DNA of 64,000 bases from Takakia lepidozioides (lineage: Eukaryota; Plantae; Bryophyta), in NCBI GenBank assembly GCA_030704615.1, contig CM060733.1:40424001-40488000 (forward strand). Reading direction: 5' to 3'. The notes beneath the pieces were generated by a model. It was not told the origin of the DNA and ran no database searches. It saw only the letters and a program-made list of their open reading frames with translations. Numbering within the stretch: position 1 is the first letter of the stretch; each line of letters starts with the position of its first letter. A program made the translations under genes and the position numbers. Shown piece after piece: positions 1-12,699 of this stretch.

Positions 1-700
1 TTTCTCAACAGAGTTGACATTGTTGGAATGGCGGATGGCTCGAGAGGTGGTATATGTCTTGGAACCATTTCTTTCTTTTTTGGATCGCGCAAAGCTCACA
101 ATATGCTCGTGTTTATGCTTGACCCACGTTACAAGGGGTTGTCATTGGTATCACAATATGTGGGCAAAGAGCGTGCTTTGCATATTGTGTCCCAATATGA
201 TAGCATGGTGTTAGAGCCTCTTTTGGTAAAGTGTTTCAAGGTCTTACATCAGGATACTCCGGCCCAATCACAGCCCACTTCCACAATGGACGAGATGTCC
301 TTATTTGGTGTGCATGACCACAATGAAGACATGACATTGACAGTAGTGAGAGAACAACTATCACATTTCAGAAGGACGAAGATAATTGAGGGTGAGTGCG
401 TGGCTCCTTTGAAATGGTGGAAAGAACACGAGTCTCTCTTTCCTTATGTGGGATTTTTGGCACGGCTAATCTTGGGCATAGTTGGATCTCAGATTGAAGC
501 TGAGAGGGTTTTTAGTATTGCAGGTGTCATAACAAGCTTGAGACGGTGAAAACCTTGATATGCTTGTGAGTGTAGTCAAGAATTGGCCAAATAATGCTAG
601 AGTTGGTTGCTTTAGTACTTCCATGAAAGAGTTTTTGGATAAGGAAGAAGTCATCTTAGATGAACTGAAAAAATGCAGATGGATCTGTATGTATTTGTAA
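1..700 (+). pseudogene. hAT transposase C-terminal fragment (dimerisation domain), degenerate
   Basis: ORF 28..549 has LDPRYK and the hATC signature PLKWWKEHESLFPYVGFLARLILGIVGSQIEAERVFS. It continues out of frame as ENLDMLVSVVKNWP. Confidence 0.85.
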
Positions 701-1108
701 GCCTAAACGTTCTGATGTGAGGTTCTCTGGTTTTATGACAAGAACAAAACAATTGTGAGCAGGAAGTGAAGGGCCATCTCCTATTGGAATTCCTCAATCA
801 GCATAGCTGGGCCTGGATCAAACATCGATGGACTAGGCCTTTCGTCTTCACTAGGTGTTGCTGCTAAAAAAATTACCGATTGTGAGAGGGTCCCTAATCA
901 AATGATGCTTCCATGTACAGATGAAGCAGAGGAATATAACATACTATCGCACTTTGCACCTAACTTCCCAGCAAAGTGGTGTAGCATCAACCTCGGTCTG
1001 AGAGAGAAAGCCACAGTTCTATAGATTAGCGTGATTAATTTTAAAGTCGCACTCTTAGGGTTTAATTCTCCAAAAAAACCCACCGATATATACTTTCATC
1101 TGCCCCTG

Positions 1109-1111
<3 letters not shown>

Positions 1112-1167
<56 letters not shown>
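1112..1167. repeat. (CT)n microsatellite
   Basis: Pure CT run seen directly. Confidence 0.97.
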
Positions 1168-1170
<3 letters not shown>

Positions 1171-2731
1171 CCGTACATACAAACAACCATGTCAACGTCG
1201 GAAATAGCCGACACAATAGACACTGTAACGGACCAACAAATCCAGGAAATAACCCACCAAGAAATGACAAACGTGATATACGACAGTTTCACGTCCAATG
1301 ACCATCATGCCCTAAAGGTGGGGAACACATGGAAGCGCCTGCCCTATAGTACAAACTTCCACAGCCCCTTGTGGAACGTCCCTTCGGACCGTGAAGAAAT
1401 AGCAATCTTCGTAGGTATTGCAAAATACCCATACCTTGGCAAAACCGGGAATTACAGATTCGTGACTTTCGCCGAAGAACTAAAGACGCAAAATTCACAA
1501 TATTGATAGAAGACAGCCATTTCTTGTTCGACTACACAAATACAATACAGAATGATTCGATAATTGAAGGATGAGAGGCGAGGACATGACGTGGATGGAT
1601 GGAAACAACATGAGCTTCACGAAAAAGCTCCTAAAAACTAACGCAAACAACTCTGGCTCGACGTCCGGTAACAACAAACGTCAAAAAACAAACAACGACG
1701 AGATGCACAATACAATAGAAATGCAGCATCCAACATGTAGGATCTCCCTCTGAGATGAGGTTTACTATTTCATGATCAAAAACCATGAGCCATGAGCCAT
1801 GAGCCGCATGAGTGGTGAGCCGCAGTCTAAGACACGCGGTTTCCATGAGCGGACTCTTCCAAATTTGGAAATGCGGCAGATTAAAAAAGTATAAAAATAA
1901 TAGTTTTTTATTCGACCTTGCCATTTTTGGAAGTTCCAGATCCTGTAATGCGGCGAAGATATGTCGTCAGTAACAATTCCGCTCATGGTTTTTAGATCCG
2001 CTCATGGAAATGAGTGACCGTGCAACGAGAAATCCAGTATACCACAGCAAAAGGACGTCACATACTGGCCTGTATAGAGTATTCCACGGTTTTACATGCC
2101 TTAACTTTGGAATGAAGCTGACCCTTCTGCCGCGATTGAAAATGGCCAAAAAATGGATGGAGAATCCGTACGTTCAGGGGATCTCGTTGCAGTCAAGTGT
2201 AACATCTGATATTGGATGAATTTCCGTCACAAGAAACACGGGCTTTCATTCCAACTAAAAGGGGTTAAACTATTGGCCAAAGCATGAGAGGAGACAGAGT
2301 CGAATGACGACAACTGGAGCAAAAGCATAGCTCGGTAGAGCTTAAATTAGACACATCTAAACGTTCCATGTAAGGGCCACCATATTTTATAAGGACCATC
2401 CTCCTTCTCCTCTTCAAAAAGTCTATATTTTGTCCCAATGCATGCTCACAACGGATAATAAAAAAATACTAATTTATCATAGTCCAAATCTACTTGTTGT
2501 ACCAAGACGACCCATGGAAAACCCCTCCAACCCCCCCCCTCCCCACCAATCAAAACTGCGTGACCGACATTTTGGCAGGCTGCATGATCCGTACTCTCTC
2601 TCATGATCCTCGAGTATGGCCCGTCCATGCGGACGTCCTTCTCAGAAGTCGTCGCTAGTAGTACTAAGCAACGCGAAGCCCTAGTGAGATTTTCTTTGTC
2701 GAATTTTGGTTTCTCTATCTTATTTTGAGAA

Positions 2732-2800
2732 GGTAGCCCAGTGGTTGGGTGTTTGTGCCTTGCATATGCATAACCTAGGTGATCCTGGGTTCAATTCTTC
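2732..2800 (+). mobile_element. tRNA-derived SINE-like head (Pol III A/B boxes)
   Basis: TAGCCCAGTGG (2734-2744, A-box-like) and GGTTCAATTC (2788-2797, B-box-like) at tRNA-like spacing. No convincing cloverleaf or tail identified. Confidence 0.4.
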
Positions 2801-2959
2801 AACGTGTTCCTTCAGACCGTCCATTGGGCCCTCGATGGCCTGTGTGTTGAGCAGTAGGCTCTGTAAATTCACTGGGACGTTAAAGAAACTTTATCTTATT
2901 TATCTAGTTCAATCACTTGCTTGTGATCAGAACCTAGATGTGGTAGCCCACCTTGTTTA

Positions 2960-3860
2960 TTAAACCGTTAATGCTTGCCATTTTTTCCAAAATTCCCACC
3001 TCGTTTTTGTCCTTGATCTCTTCGGAGATTTATCCATATCTGCCATCAAAACATGGTTATCGAGGATTTTCAAACGGTCAGCCATTCTATATGCATCGCC
3101 AAGACTTGTTGGTTCTTGATTTTCTACTTCTCTTTTGAAGTAGGATATACCATAATCTCGTATAGATCGAATTTGTAGACATGATACTTTACCATTGTTC
3201 TCTGATTTTTTAAGCTTCATTCAACGGCGTAATTTCAGCCAAAACCGTTGCTCGGAATGTCTCCCAAGTTGCAATCCACTCATTAGGATGCTTCTTCCAA
3301 TGCATGGTTTTGTCGAGGTTTTGTCGAGGTTTTGTCTAGCCACCAAGCTGCTGCAAAACCTTTGAAAAAGATTGACCCAAAATGGATCATCTCTTCTTCT
3401 GAGGTGCTTTCTTTGCAAGTGCATATTGTTCGACTGAAAATATTAGCTAAAGCTCTGTTGTTTTAACATCTCTTCTTCTGAAGAATTTAGAAGAGGGATG
3501 GGGCTTGAATACAATTTTTGTATTTCGTTCATTGTCGTTAAACAAATGGATTGTTCTTCATAGTTACCTTAGCTAATGCTTGTAACTCTCGTATTTGGTC
3601 TTTTAAATCCTCCATCTCCGTTTGCATGGCTTTAAACTCACTACGGCCTAAATGTCTTTAGACTTATAAAAAATTATTTTTCTTCTCCTAAGTTCGTAGT
3701 ATTAGATGACTCCCCTTTTGAGCATTCTAGAACTTCTTTTGATTCTTGATGAGAAGAACGACACTGAGCCCTTGCTTCAGCCTCAGCTACTCTTAGTTGA
3801 ACCAATTCTTCAAAAGTATATGATCGCTTTTGATCACTACTTTTCCATGGCATCATAATG
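2960..3860 (-). mobile_element. degenerate Ty3/Gypsy-like gag relic
   Basis: Broken minus-strand frames give TWETFRATVLAE and REVENQEPTSLGDAYRMADR, typical of the retrotransposon Gag capsid. Many stops and frameshifts; no pol seen. Confidence 0.5.
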
Positions 3861-5539
3861 AGACTACTATCATTTAATCTTCATAACCTAGTTGCTATCT
3901 CACACTACCCTTTGGTCAACTCTTAAGTTGCTACTGACAGAATGCTACTTTTAGCTTCAGGCCTTATGATCTTATTTCACTCTAATAGCAACTGCAATGA
4001 ACATACTCATACTATTCCACTAATCCTATAGACTCTGCTTTCAGGTATTGAATACCTTTACTTAAAAGAAGTTACATAAGTTGTTATGCCTGTCTATGTA
4101 TTTACTTTATCTGTCTCTTACTTGATACTCTCTAGTCTAGAGCTCATCTTCTAGATCCATTGTATCTCTTTGGCTCTTTCTCTTCTTACTGCATATAGCT
4201 CTCGCTTTCGACCTCGGTGTCTCCTCATGGCCAACGAGATCTCTTGAGTCTTTTCCACTTCCATTCACATCTGAACCCAACAATCCCACCCCTTATTAAA
4301 GATATTTACCATCATGTACTGCTTTTATATATCTAATAAGAGGAATGAACACATTCATTCTCGTGACACATAGCTATAATATATGTTGTTGAATCCTTTT
4401 CCTTACCACTGTGGGCAAGATTAGAATCTTTTAGCATTGATGTATGAAAGCAAAAAAAGTCTAATGGATATAGAGGTCGGTTGTCTGTTGAAAATTATGG
4501 TTATTTTCAGAAAAATAAGATATCATAATCCACAATTCTTGAATCATGCATTTACATGAGCATATCACTTTGATGGCACATAGAAGCAAACACGCCAAAT
4601 TTATTTCCATTTCTTGAGATATGAAAACGTATGACTCTAGTAGGGTAGTTCATTGGTGTAACTAACTGTGACTCTTCAAATCTCAATTTTTTTCTATCAC
4701 AATGTCCAAACCAGTGTTGGGCGGTTCTTGCCTTTGTGAAGGAACCTTCGGTTCTGGTTCCACAAATTTTTGAAGAGACGGTTCCGGATCCGGATCCGGT
4801 TATTTTTTATTAAGGCGGTTCCGGTCCGGTTCAGGTTCTGACTTTTTAACATGGGGGCGGTTCCGGTTACCGGTTAGTTGCTGGAAAAAAAACACCGGTT
4901 CCAGTTAGGTTCCGGTTCTTTTAAAAATATATTAAATTCTTTTAATTTTTTTATTCTTCTGGAAAATTAGATGAACTGATCTGATTGGTCATACTGAATA
5001 TTCAGAATTTTCAACTAAAACCAGGGAATTTATTAGTAAAACAGAAGTAAATAAACTTATATGTTTTTTGTGATTGTCTTTTATGGTATATATAACAAGT
5101 TAAATACGCATGGTCTCCATTAAAAACGGAAAACCAGAGATTTTATAAGTTTTCGTATGGTGTAGCAAAGAACAACTAAAACAAACTAACTACATAAGGA
5201 TCTTAATTCAAAATACAAAACAAATTAAACATGTGTAATTCTATGGTTACCTTTTATGGTGCAGCAAAAGCACAACTAAAAAAAACTACATATATTTGTG
5301 TTTTTTGGATGATGCTTTGTCGATATAGCATACAACAAACTAAGTACACGGGATGTCACTGAAATTTTCAATAAAAATGACAAATAAACAAACTCCAATC
5401 AAAGGAGTATAGTGTAATATGTTGAACAATAATTTGTCTCTAAGACAAATCATTCTACCTCAAAGAGGTTTGCCTCTGCAATCAAGTCCTCATTCCTCAA
5501 AGACTGGCACAAACATCAGAATACACATGAGGTTCAGGC

Positions 5540-6880
5540 ATCACCCATTCATAATCTCCAAAGCCTTCCTGCCACACCCAGTACATAAACAGAGTACACA
5601 TAAGTTCTTTGCTTTGCATCCTCAATGCACCCACATTGGGCATACATGTCCACCAGGGCAAAGTTCAGAATGACATATGGTACAATTCCAGCTTTGACAA
5701 TGTCACCATAGACCTCTTTTGACCTTTTCCAGGGCTGCCAAGCTTGCACAAGCATTGCAATCACACAAAAACATGATGTGGTTGGGCTTCACCCCTTCCC
5801 CCATAATTTGATCATAGGTCTCCAAATCCACCATCCCACGTCCCTGCTGTGCATACCCTGCAATGCTTGTGAGTATGCACTTGCTTTCCAGCTTCCAGAC
5901 CTTTCTTGGCGTGAATCCACATCAGAGTTTGTTGGCACTAGGAAAGGGTTGAGACTGAGCTGCTCAACTTCTCCCTGGTCTTACTGGGTTTACATAGTGT
6001 GCCAAGCACAACATTGGTGCCAAAGCCTCCATCCAGTGCCCCTGCTGTGTATACCCTGCAAGCATCGAGTTCCACGACACCACATCTCGTTCAGCCATAC
6101 TGTTCCCTTCATGACATTTTGTTTGATCAAGCCCTCTGCCTCATCCAGTTGCCCTACACCACCACGGGGATCCACCATGCAGCCAAAATGATCCACTATA
6201 GGAGTGAGGCCATAATCTCAACTCACGGAATCAAAATAGTGACAGCCTTCATCCACCAGGCCCACATGGCTACATGCAGGGAGAAGGGATATGAAAGTGA
6301 TACCATCCGGCTTCAAGCCTTCCTGTTGCATTTTGTGTGAATAATTGTAGGGCCTCCCTACCACATTTCATACTGAGCATACCCTCCAATCATCACACCC
6401 CATGAGACAACATTTTAATCAGCCATATTGTTGAACACTTTGCACGCATCCTTCATACTCCCGCATTTGGAATACATATCCGCAAGGGCAGTCTCCAGAA
6501 TGATATCTGGTGTAATTCCAACTTTTATCATGCAGAACACTAGATCTCTTTCCCCTTTTCGAGGGCTCCTATGCTTGCAAACCCATTGAGAACACCAATG
6601 ATGGTGACCTTGTTGGGCATCACTCCCTCCCATTGCATCTGTACATTTCAAAAGCTTCCCTAACACCCCCACGTTGAACATATCCTATGATCATCGCATT
6701 CCAAGAGAGACCACATCTCGTTTAACCCTTCTGCCAAATACTGATAAGGCATCCTTCATACTCCCACATTTGGCATACATGTCAACTAGAGTCTCCAGAA
6801 TGATATCTGGGGCAATCCCAGCTTGGGTGATGTCAGCATGGACCTCTTTGCCCTTTTCCAGGGCTACTTGGCTGGTTTGA
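5540..6880 (-). pseudogene. PLS-class pentatricopeptide-repeat gene fragments inside the hAT
   Basis: Motifs LETALADMYSKCGSMKDACKVFNNM, PDGITFISLLPACSHVGLVDEG, HFGCMVD..GQLDEAEGLI and ALVDMYAQCGCIEDA; fragmented by frameshifts. Confidence 0.88.
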
Positions 6881-6901
6881 ACTTCGGTCTTACCACAAGA
6901 C

Positions 6902-9900
6902 CACTACAGGAAAAGGGGGGACCTTTGCGACGCCCGAGCCACGCCGCAGCGTTGGGAAAACGCCATTTTTGGGCAGGGGCAGGCGCAGAATTTGCGACGT
7001 CCGGCTGTCTCCCGGCAGTCGCATGGGCGTCGCCAAAATGACGTCGCAAAAATGCGACGTATGGGGGTCGCGAGCCCCCGCCCCAAATCCCGCGACTACT
7101 GGACGTCGCTTTTCAGGCCGTCCGCGCCGATGGCAGGGGCCTCCGTCGAGCGACGTCTCGCCGTCGCGGCCCTCAAGCCGACGGCGTTGGTGGGGGCGCC
7201 GGCGCGGCGTCGCATCCCTTTTTTTTTTCTAACCTGCCTGGGAGTCCTATCATAAAACCCAAAAACACGTGGCGTAAGCCGGGTGGTACGCCAAGCAACT
7301 ATTGGGCGTGGCAAAAAAAACAGCAGGAGCAGGAGTCGGGCTCTGCCACGCCCGGGCATGGGTTTTGGCGACGCTCTGGCGTCGTCTTTTTTTATATTTA
7401 ATCCAAAAGAAAAAAGACGTGGCGCAGGCAGGGTGGCAGGCTACGCGACGCCAGGGCGTCGCGGCTTGCGACCCTCGGACCAAAAAACACGTCGCAGGGG
7501 GTGTCGGGGGTTGCCGCCCGCAAATGGGATTGGCGACGCCCGACCGTCGCGGCGTGCGACCCCCACCCAAAAAACACGTCGCCATTGGCGACGTCCTGCA
7601 ATCGCGAGGCAGCCTGGTGGGGGGGGGGGGGGGGGGGGGGGGGGGTTGATTTTGGGGGTGAATTGGGGGTGGTTTTTTGTTTTTTGCCAGGTTTTGTTTT
7701 TGGGGATGGGAGACCTTACAGTTCTATTTATTTGATTTAGCAGGTACACAATTGAGCAAACATAAATCGAGGGTGAGGACAGTGCGACACATGAATAAGA
7801 TGGAAGATGGAAAGATGGAAATATATTTACAGGAAATGAGCTGAAAAGCTCACAAGGGTTCAGTAGGCTGACCCTGGGACCTACATGGACTAGGACTAGT
7901 CATCCTCATCCTCATCCTCAGTGGAGGACTCAGAGCTATCCGATGAGCCTGATGACTCCGCGCCCTTTGCCAGAGCACCTAAATGAGGCGGCGTTCCCCT
8001 AAGTCCCACAGAGCTCTCAACCAATCCCTGGCCATGACCCCCGACCTCATCCATACTAGTGCCCTGTAGTGCACTCATCCCCTCCGTGTTGGCTATGTTC
8101 TTCATGAGGGATTGCCAACCATGCTCATTGGCGTAGTTGTACTCTACCGGAGATGGCTTCCTCTCAAACGCACGTTGCTACACATGCCACAAATTAAAGT
8201 CAGTTCTTCGCGATGATGGAGCCAGAAAGAAATAACAAATCCATAAGGAAGTACGACTTACAAATCGCAAGATAAAACCCTTGGATCCACCGGTGCCCCA
8301 CTTGTGTGTGGATTCGTGCTTGTCAAGACGGACTGTTGTTGCTTCACGTGCCCGTCAAATTTGGCCTTGTTTGCGGCATCAGTCTCTCCCGCAATGAGTG
8401 CATCCCACAATATCTATCCCCCCCCCCCCTCCCCAATAATTAGTGAATTACACACATACGTTGCATCGAATCTACCTCATTAATGCACATGCGACAAATG
8501 GAAGGTGACATGATTCAGGATTTGCCAACCTGTGTAATTCCATAAGGTAGTTTGGGTATGGCCCCCTTTTCCATTGCCCTCCGAATGATCTGTCTGGCTC
8601 GGTACCTCTTGTCCTTCAAGTTTCGCCCCACCATCTCCATCACCCTTGTGTCACTCCAATTGCCCGGAAACCGGCGGTCTAACTCACGGGCATACGCCCG
8701 CTTCGCGCCAAAGTGCTGATCAACCCACTCGATGTGCAAAGGGAACCACCTCATGCGAGTTCGAAGGCTGGCTTCTTCAAAGCCTCCCAGAACGCACCGC
8801 AGGGGTCACCATGGCGATTCACCTCCACTGGTGGCACCACGATCTTTGCCAACTCCACGTCATGTATCGCCAAGGGCATGTTATTTTTCCCACCCTCTCC
8901 CTTCTTTGTAGCCTCCTTTCCCTGCTCCTTTGTTACCCCACTGCCCTCCCCCGTATGCACACTCACCCCTTCCTCTCCATGTGACTTCTTCTTCTTCTTC
9001 TTCTTTTCTTTCCCCTTCTCCACGACCATCTCCTTCCCCTACCCCGCTACTTTCTCTCTCTCATTCTCCCTCTCCCTTCTCTCTCTCTCCTCGGCAGCCC
9101 CTTCATTGATGGTAAAAGGGATCTCGGGAGATCGAGGCCTCTTCTTCTTACCTTTGGTGTTCGGGTCCTTCATGAACACCACGTGCTCTCCCTCATTGGC
9201 AACCCCACCCGACTGCATCAATGAGGCCAACCATGTTGCTGCCTCCTGAAGACAAATAACCCCTCCAAATTCAAAAAAAGAAACAAACAACAAAGAAAAT
9301 CATGCATGCAAATGAAAGGATAAATCATGGAACAAGGTGCGACAGTTGTACCTTTGCAAGCTTGTCCGACTTGCCCCCGGTGTCACCCGATGTGGCACGA
9401 GTCCCCGTTGCCAGATGTGCCCGCTCTATCCCCTCCCGGGGCGCCACTGGAAGTAGATTCCAGATGTGGAGCATAGCCTACGGCGGCGCCCCGTAGTCCA
9501 GGCCCTTCTTTGCTGACCGCTCAGGCTCAGGGGGCGTTGATCGGCTAGGCTACTCCGAACCGGCCCATACCTCCCCCCCCCCCCCAAATGTGTATCAGGG
9601 TAGAAGCCCTCACCCGGCTTGACTTCTTCGAGGCGCTTCGCTATCTTGGCCACTTCATTGGCCCTCCTCGTCTCCTCCTCCCTCATCGACAACAATGGGC
9701 TGGCAATGGAGGCTTTCAAAGGCCCTTGAACCTGACGTTGGGCCTTGGCAAGTGCAGCCTTTGAAGGGGTCGCTATGGGGGTGACATCCAAAAGTTGACC
9801 ATACCGGGCCCCCGAATGGATGATGTGCTTGCCAAGGTACATTTCACCCGCCTTGGTGGCCGGGGGTGTGCTCAACTGAGCATCCGGCTCAACAACAACC

Positions 9901-10330
9901 TCCTGAATAGGAGAGCTGGCTGAGCCGGCCCCTGGCGCATCCAAGATGTGGACAAGAGGGGGGGTACTGGCCTCGGGGGGCAGACGAGCCCTCCGGTTGC
10001 GGCTGTCGACGGGGCTGGTTAACCGTGAGATGCCCTGGCGCGTCATACGTGCCGGCAGAGCAAACGGATTGTCCGCCCCTTTCTTTGGGGCAGGGGACTT
10101 CTTCTGTTTCCCCATAAGCTGGCACATGTCATGCAAACCCACCAGTTGGCCTCATTAGGAAACAACCTCTACATTCCAGATCAAAAACAAAAAAAACCAA
10201 GCATGTCGGGGGCTGAGAGCAGCAAGTGCTCAGGGTCTCGAGAGGGGGCAACAAAGAGAAAAGAAAAAGGTGGGGGGGGGGGGGGTGGGGGGGAAAGTTA
10301 CTGAGCACCACCAACAGCTGCTGAGCACTA
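6902..10330 (-). mobile_element. truncated CACTA (En/Spm) element: one terminus plus TnpA-like gene remnants
   Basis: CACTACAGGAAAA at 6902 is followed by about 700 bp of GCGACG/CGTCGC subterminal repeats. Minus-strand exon-like ORFs at 7896-10142 include a TnpA-like segment (ELDRRFPGNWSD..VGRNLKDKRYRAR). No matching TAGTG end found; the right boundary is approximate. Confidence 0.7.
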
Positions 10331-10387
10331 CGGGCTCAGTCACTTCCCCCCCCCCTCCCCCCATTTTTTTTTTTTTTTGTTTCCTGA

Positions 10388-10423
<36 letters not shown>

Positions 10424-10491
10424 TTTTTTTTGCTGCTCACAAAAAATAAACAAACCACAAGGGAGAGAGGGTGCAGAAAAAGTAAAAAAGA

Positions 10492-11209
10492 TTGTACTCA
10501 TAAGACGTTGTTTGTCGTAGCCTTGTGGCCATTGACCCCGCGCCCAGTTTGAGCGGAAACAAAAGGGACAGAACCTGCCTCTGTCAGGGGCTGAAGTTGG
10601 TAGTAAGACTTACCTTCATATATAGAATTAATCTGGTTTTCCAGATATCCTCTAGAAATCCCTTCACACAAGCATCAAACTGCTGCGTGTGATTTGCCCA
10701 AATATAACTAGGCCTCAGGAGGGCCTGGGCTTTTGGCTCAGCCTTGAGACTTTCAAAGTTGGTAAACAGAGGTACAAACACAATTCCCTTGATAGATTTG
10801 AAGAGAGTGTCTCTTTGGTGAGAGAACCCCGGACAATGTATCAGAAAATAAGTACTGTCTTCAGATTGCCCACACAACGGGCAATTGCACTCTCCCTTTC
10901 CTCTCTGCTTCTGTTTGCTGTTCAAAGGTAGGCTTCCCGCCCTGAGTTTAAATTTCAGTCTAGTGCCGAGAGTGGGTAGACCCTTGAGGTCATCCAAGAT
11001 GTCCTCCCCCATGTCACTGACTGGAAACAAGTTCAGGGAAGTTTTTTGCCTAACTTCATTTTCATCAAACAATCTCATGGCAACAGACATGGCTTTGGAC
11101 ACTACAGCCTCTAAGTCAGATTTATCAACCCATATTGCAGATCCGTACTCCAAGGCAGGTCTAATAATGCGACAAAGCATGGTTTTCTTAACCTCGGAGT
11201 TGACCCCTC
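10492..11209 (-). mobile_element. 5'-truncated RTE-X-like LINE 3' fragment
   Basis: Near-identical to the 54119-55710 copies and encodes CPLCGQSEDS.YFLIHC. 20-bp TSD with 1 mismatch TGCAGAAAAAGT(A/T)AAAAAGA (10472-10491, 11210-11229). Confidence 0.88.
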
Positions 11210-12699
11210 TGCAGAAAAAGTTAAAAAGAGAGAGGGAGAGGGAAGATACTATGTCTTGTCGGGACATGGACAAGACCAAACAAGGTCTTTGTCAAATTAA
11301 CGACAAATCAGCCTCATAACAAGGCATTATCAATCATCCTTCATTCAAAAACCAGTCTTAAAAAGACATACATCTGATTTCAAAGTAAATGAAATGAATG
11401 GGTGGGGGGGTGGGATTACATAAAGAAACCCCCCTATATAAATCAGCTTTATATTCAGCAAAACAGGGACCCAAACAAGTGTTACATGTTTGGGTATGTT
11501 TTATATGGAATATTTACAACTGTGCATAGCAAGAATAAGTGTTCAGCTTGCCAAAATTGCCACCCTTGATTACATTGAAAGCTTGGAAAAGAAGTTCCAA
11601 CTTTGTTTTGTTTAACACCTTCACCATATCAGAGCTGCAGACATTTTCTAAGCAAATTACACACTAGGGTATAACCAGATACCTTGTTTTTTGTCCCATG
11701 ACCTGGTTTAGGTCTGGGGCTAGTGTATAAATGCATTAACAAGGTGTTGAATAGCAAGCAACTATTCAGATTGCTACAATTACCACCAATGTCTACATTG
11801 CACCCTGGAAAAAGAATTCCAACACAAACACCATATCAAAACTGCAGATATTTTTCTAATCAGTTTACCATCATAGAGTAGTATCACAGGGTCTGAATTG
11901 TTCATTCCAACAGGCTAGTAAGCTGCCATGGCATATTTATCCTAAGGCAACATGAACACAGGGCCTGAATCAACTTCTTAACAGCCATCAAGTGCTTACC
12001 ACCATGGACATTGTCCATTAAAAAAGCCAAGCATCCAGGGGCTTGTAACCAAAGACATTATCTGGTCAAAGAAGAGCCACCCTATAATTTTGCCTGGCAC
12101 CAAATGTCCTAAAACAGCCTACTCGTAACAGAATGGCGGGGCCCTCCTGCTCACACTCCCTCCCTTTGTGTCCACCACCTGCCACAGCAGCAGAAGAGAG
12201 ATCAGCCCCCTCTTGTGCGATAAACTGAGAAGAAAAGAAACAAACAACACATTAAATCAATCAACCTAAGAGGGAAAGAGAATGGAGATGGAGATGAAAT
12301 GAGAGCGAGAGAGAAATCAAACAAATAAAGTAGGAGATGGAGACACGGAACACGAACCTTACCTGGACTGGAGTAGCGAGCAAGATGTATGCGAGAGAGA
12401 GCGAGCTGGATGAGTTGTAGAGACACTTAGGGCTACAGCCCACGGATGGAACCGGAACCGGAGCCGCTTTAGAGTCCCCAAACCCCGGTTCCCACACATG
12501 TGCTGGAACCGCCGGTTCCGGTTCCCACACAATCCCCAATTTCCGGTTCCGGTTCCGGTTCTGCACAGGCGGGTCCGGTTCCGGTCCGGTTCCACATAAC
12601 CGGAACCGGCAATTACCCGAGGCCTAGGCGGGTAACCGCCCAACACTGGTCCAAACCCCTACATTATATATAACCGCCCTTTAAACAAAGATGCCTTAC

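Larger units (their letters stand above)
4712..12648. mobile_element. non-autonomous (Pack-like) hAT element, 7.9 kb
   Basis: Perfect 15-bp TIR CAGTGTTGGGCGGTT (4712-4726) / AACCGCCCAACACTG (12634-12648). 8-bp TSD GTCCAAAC (4704-4711, 12649-12656). CCGGTT/AACCGG subterminal repeats at both ends. No transposase seen inside. Confidence 0.93.

Noticed and set aside
1055-1298. RE/ER dipeptide-repeat proteins
   Set aside because: Translations of the (CT)n microsatellite.
2732-2800. Functional tRNA gene
   Set aside because: A/B boxes are present but no convincing acceptor or anticodon stems; kept only as SINE-like.
6823-7749. Many overlapping Arg/Gly-rich ORFs
   Set aside because: Artefacts of GC-rich CACTA subterminal repeats and a poly-G run.
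8062-8071. CCCTGTAGTG as the partner TIR of the CACTA at 6902
   Set aside because: Only about 9 bp match, it lies inside a coding-like exon, and there are no subterminal repeats or matching 3-bp TSD.
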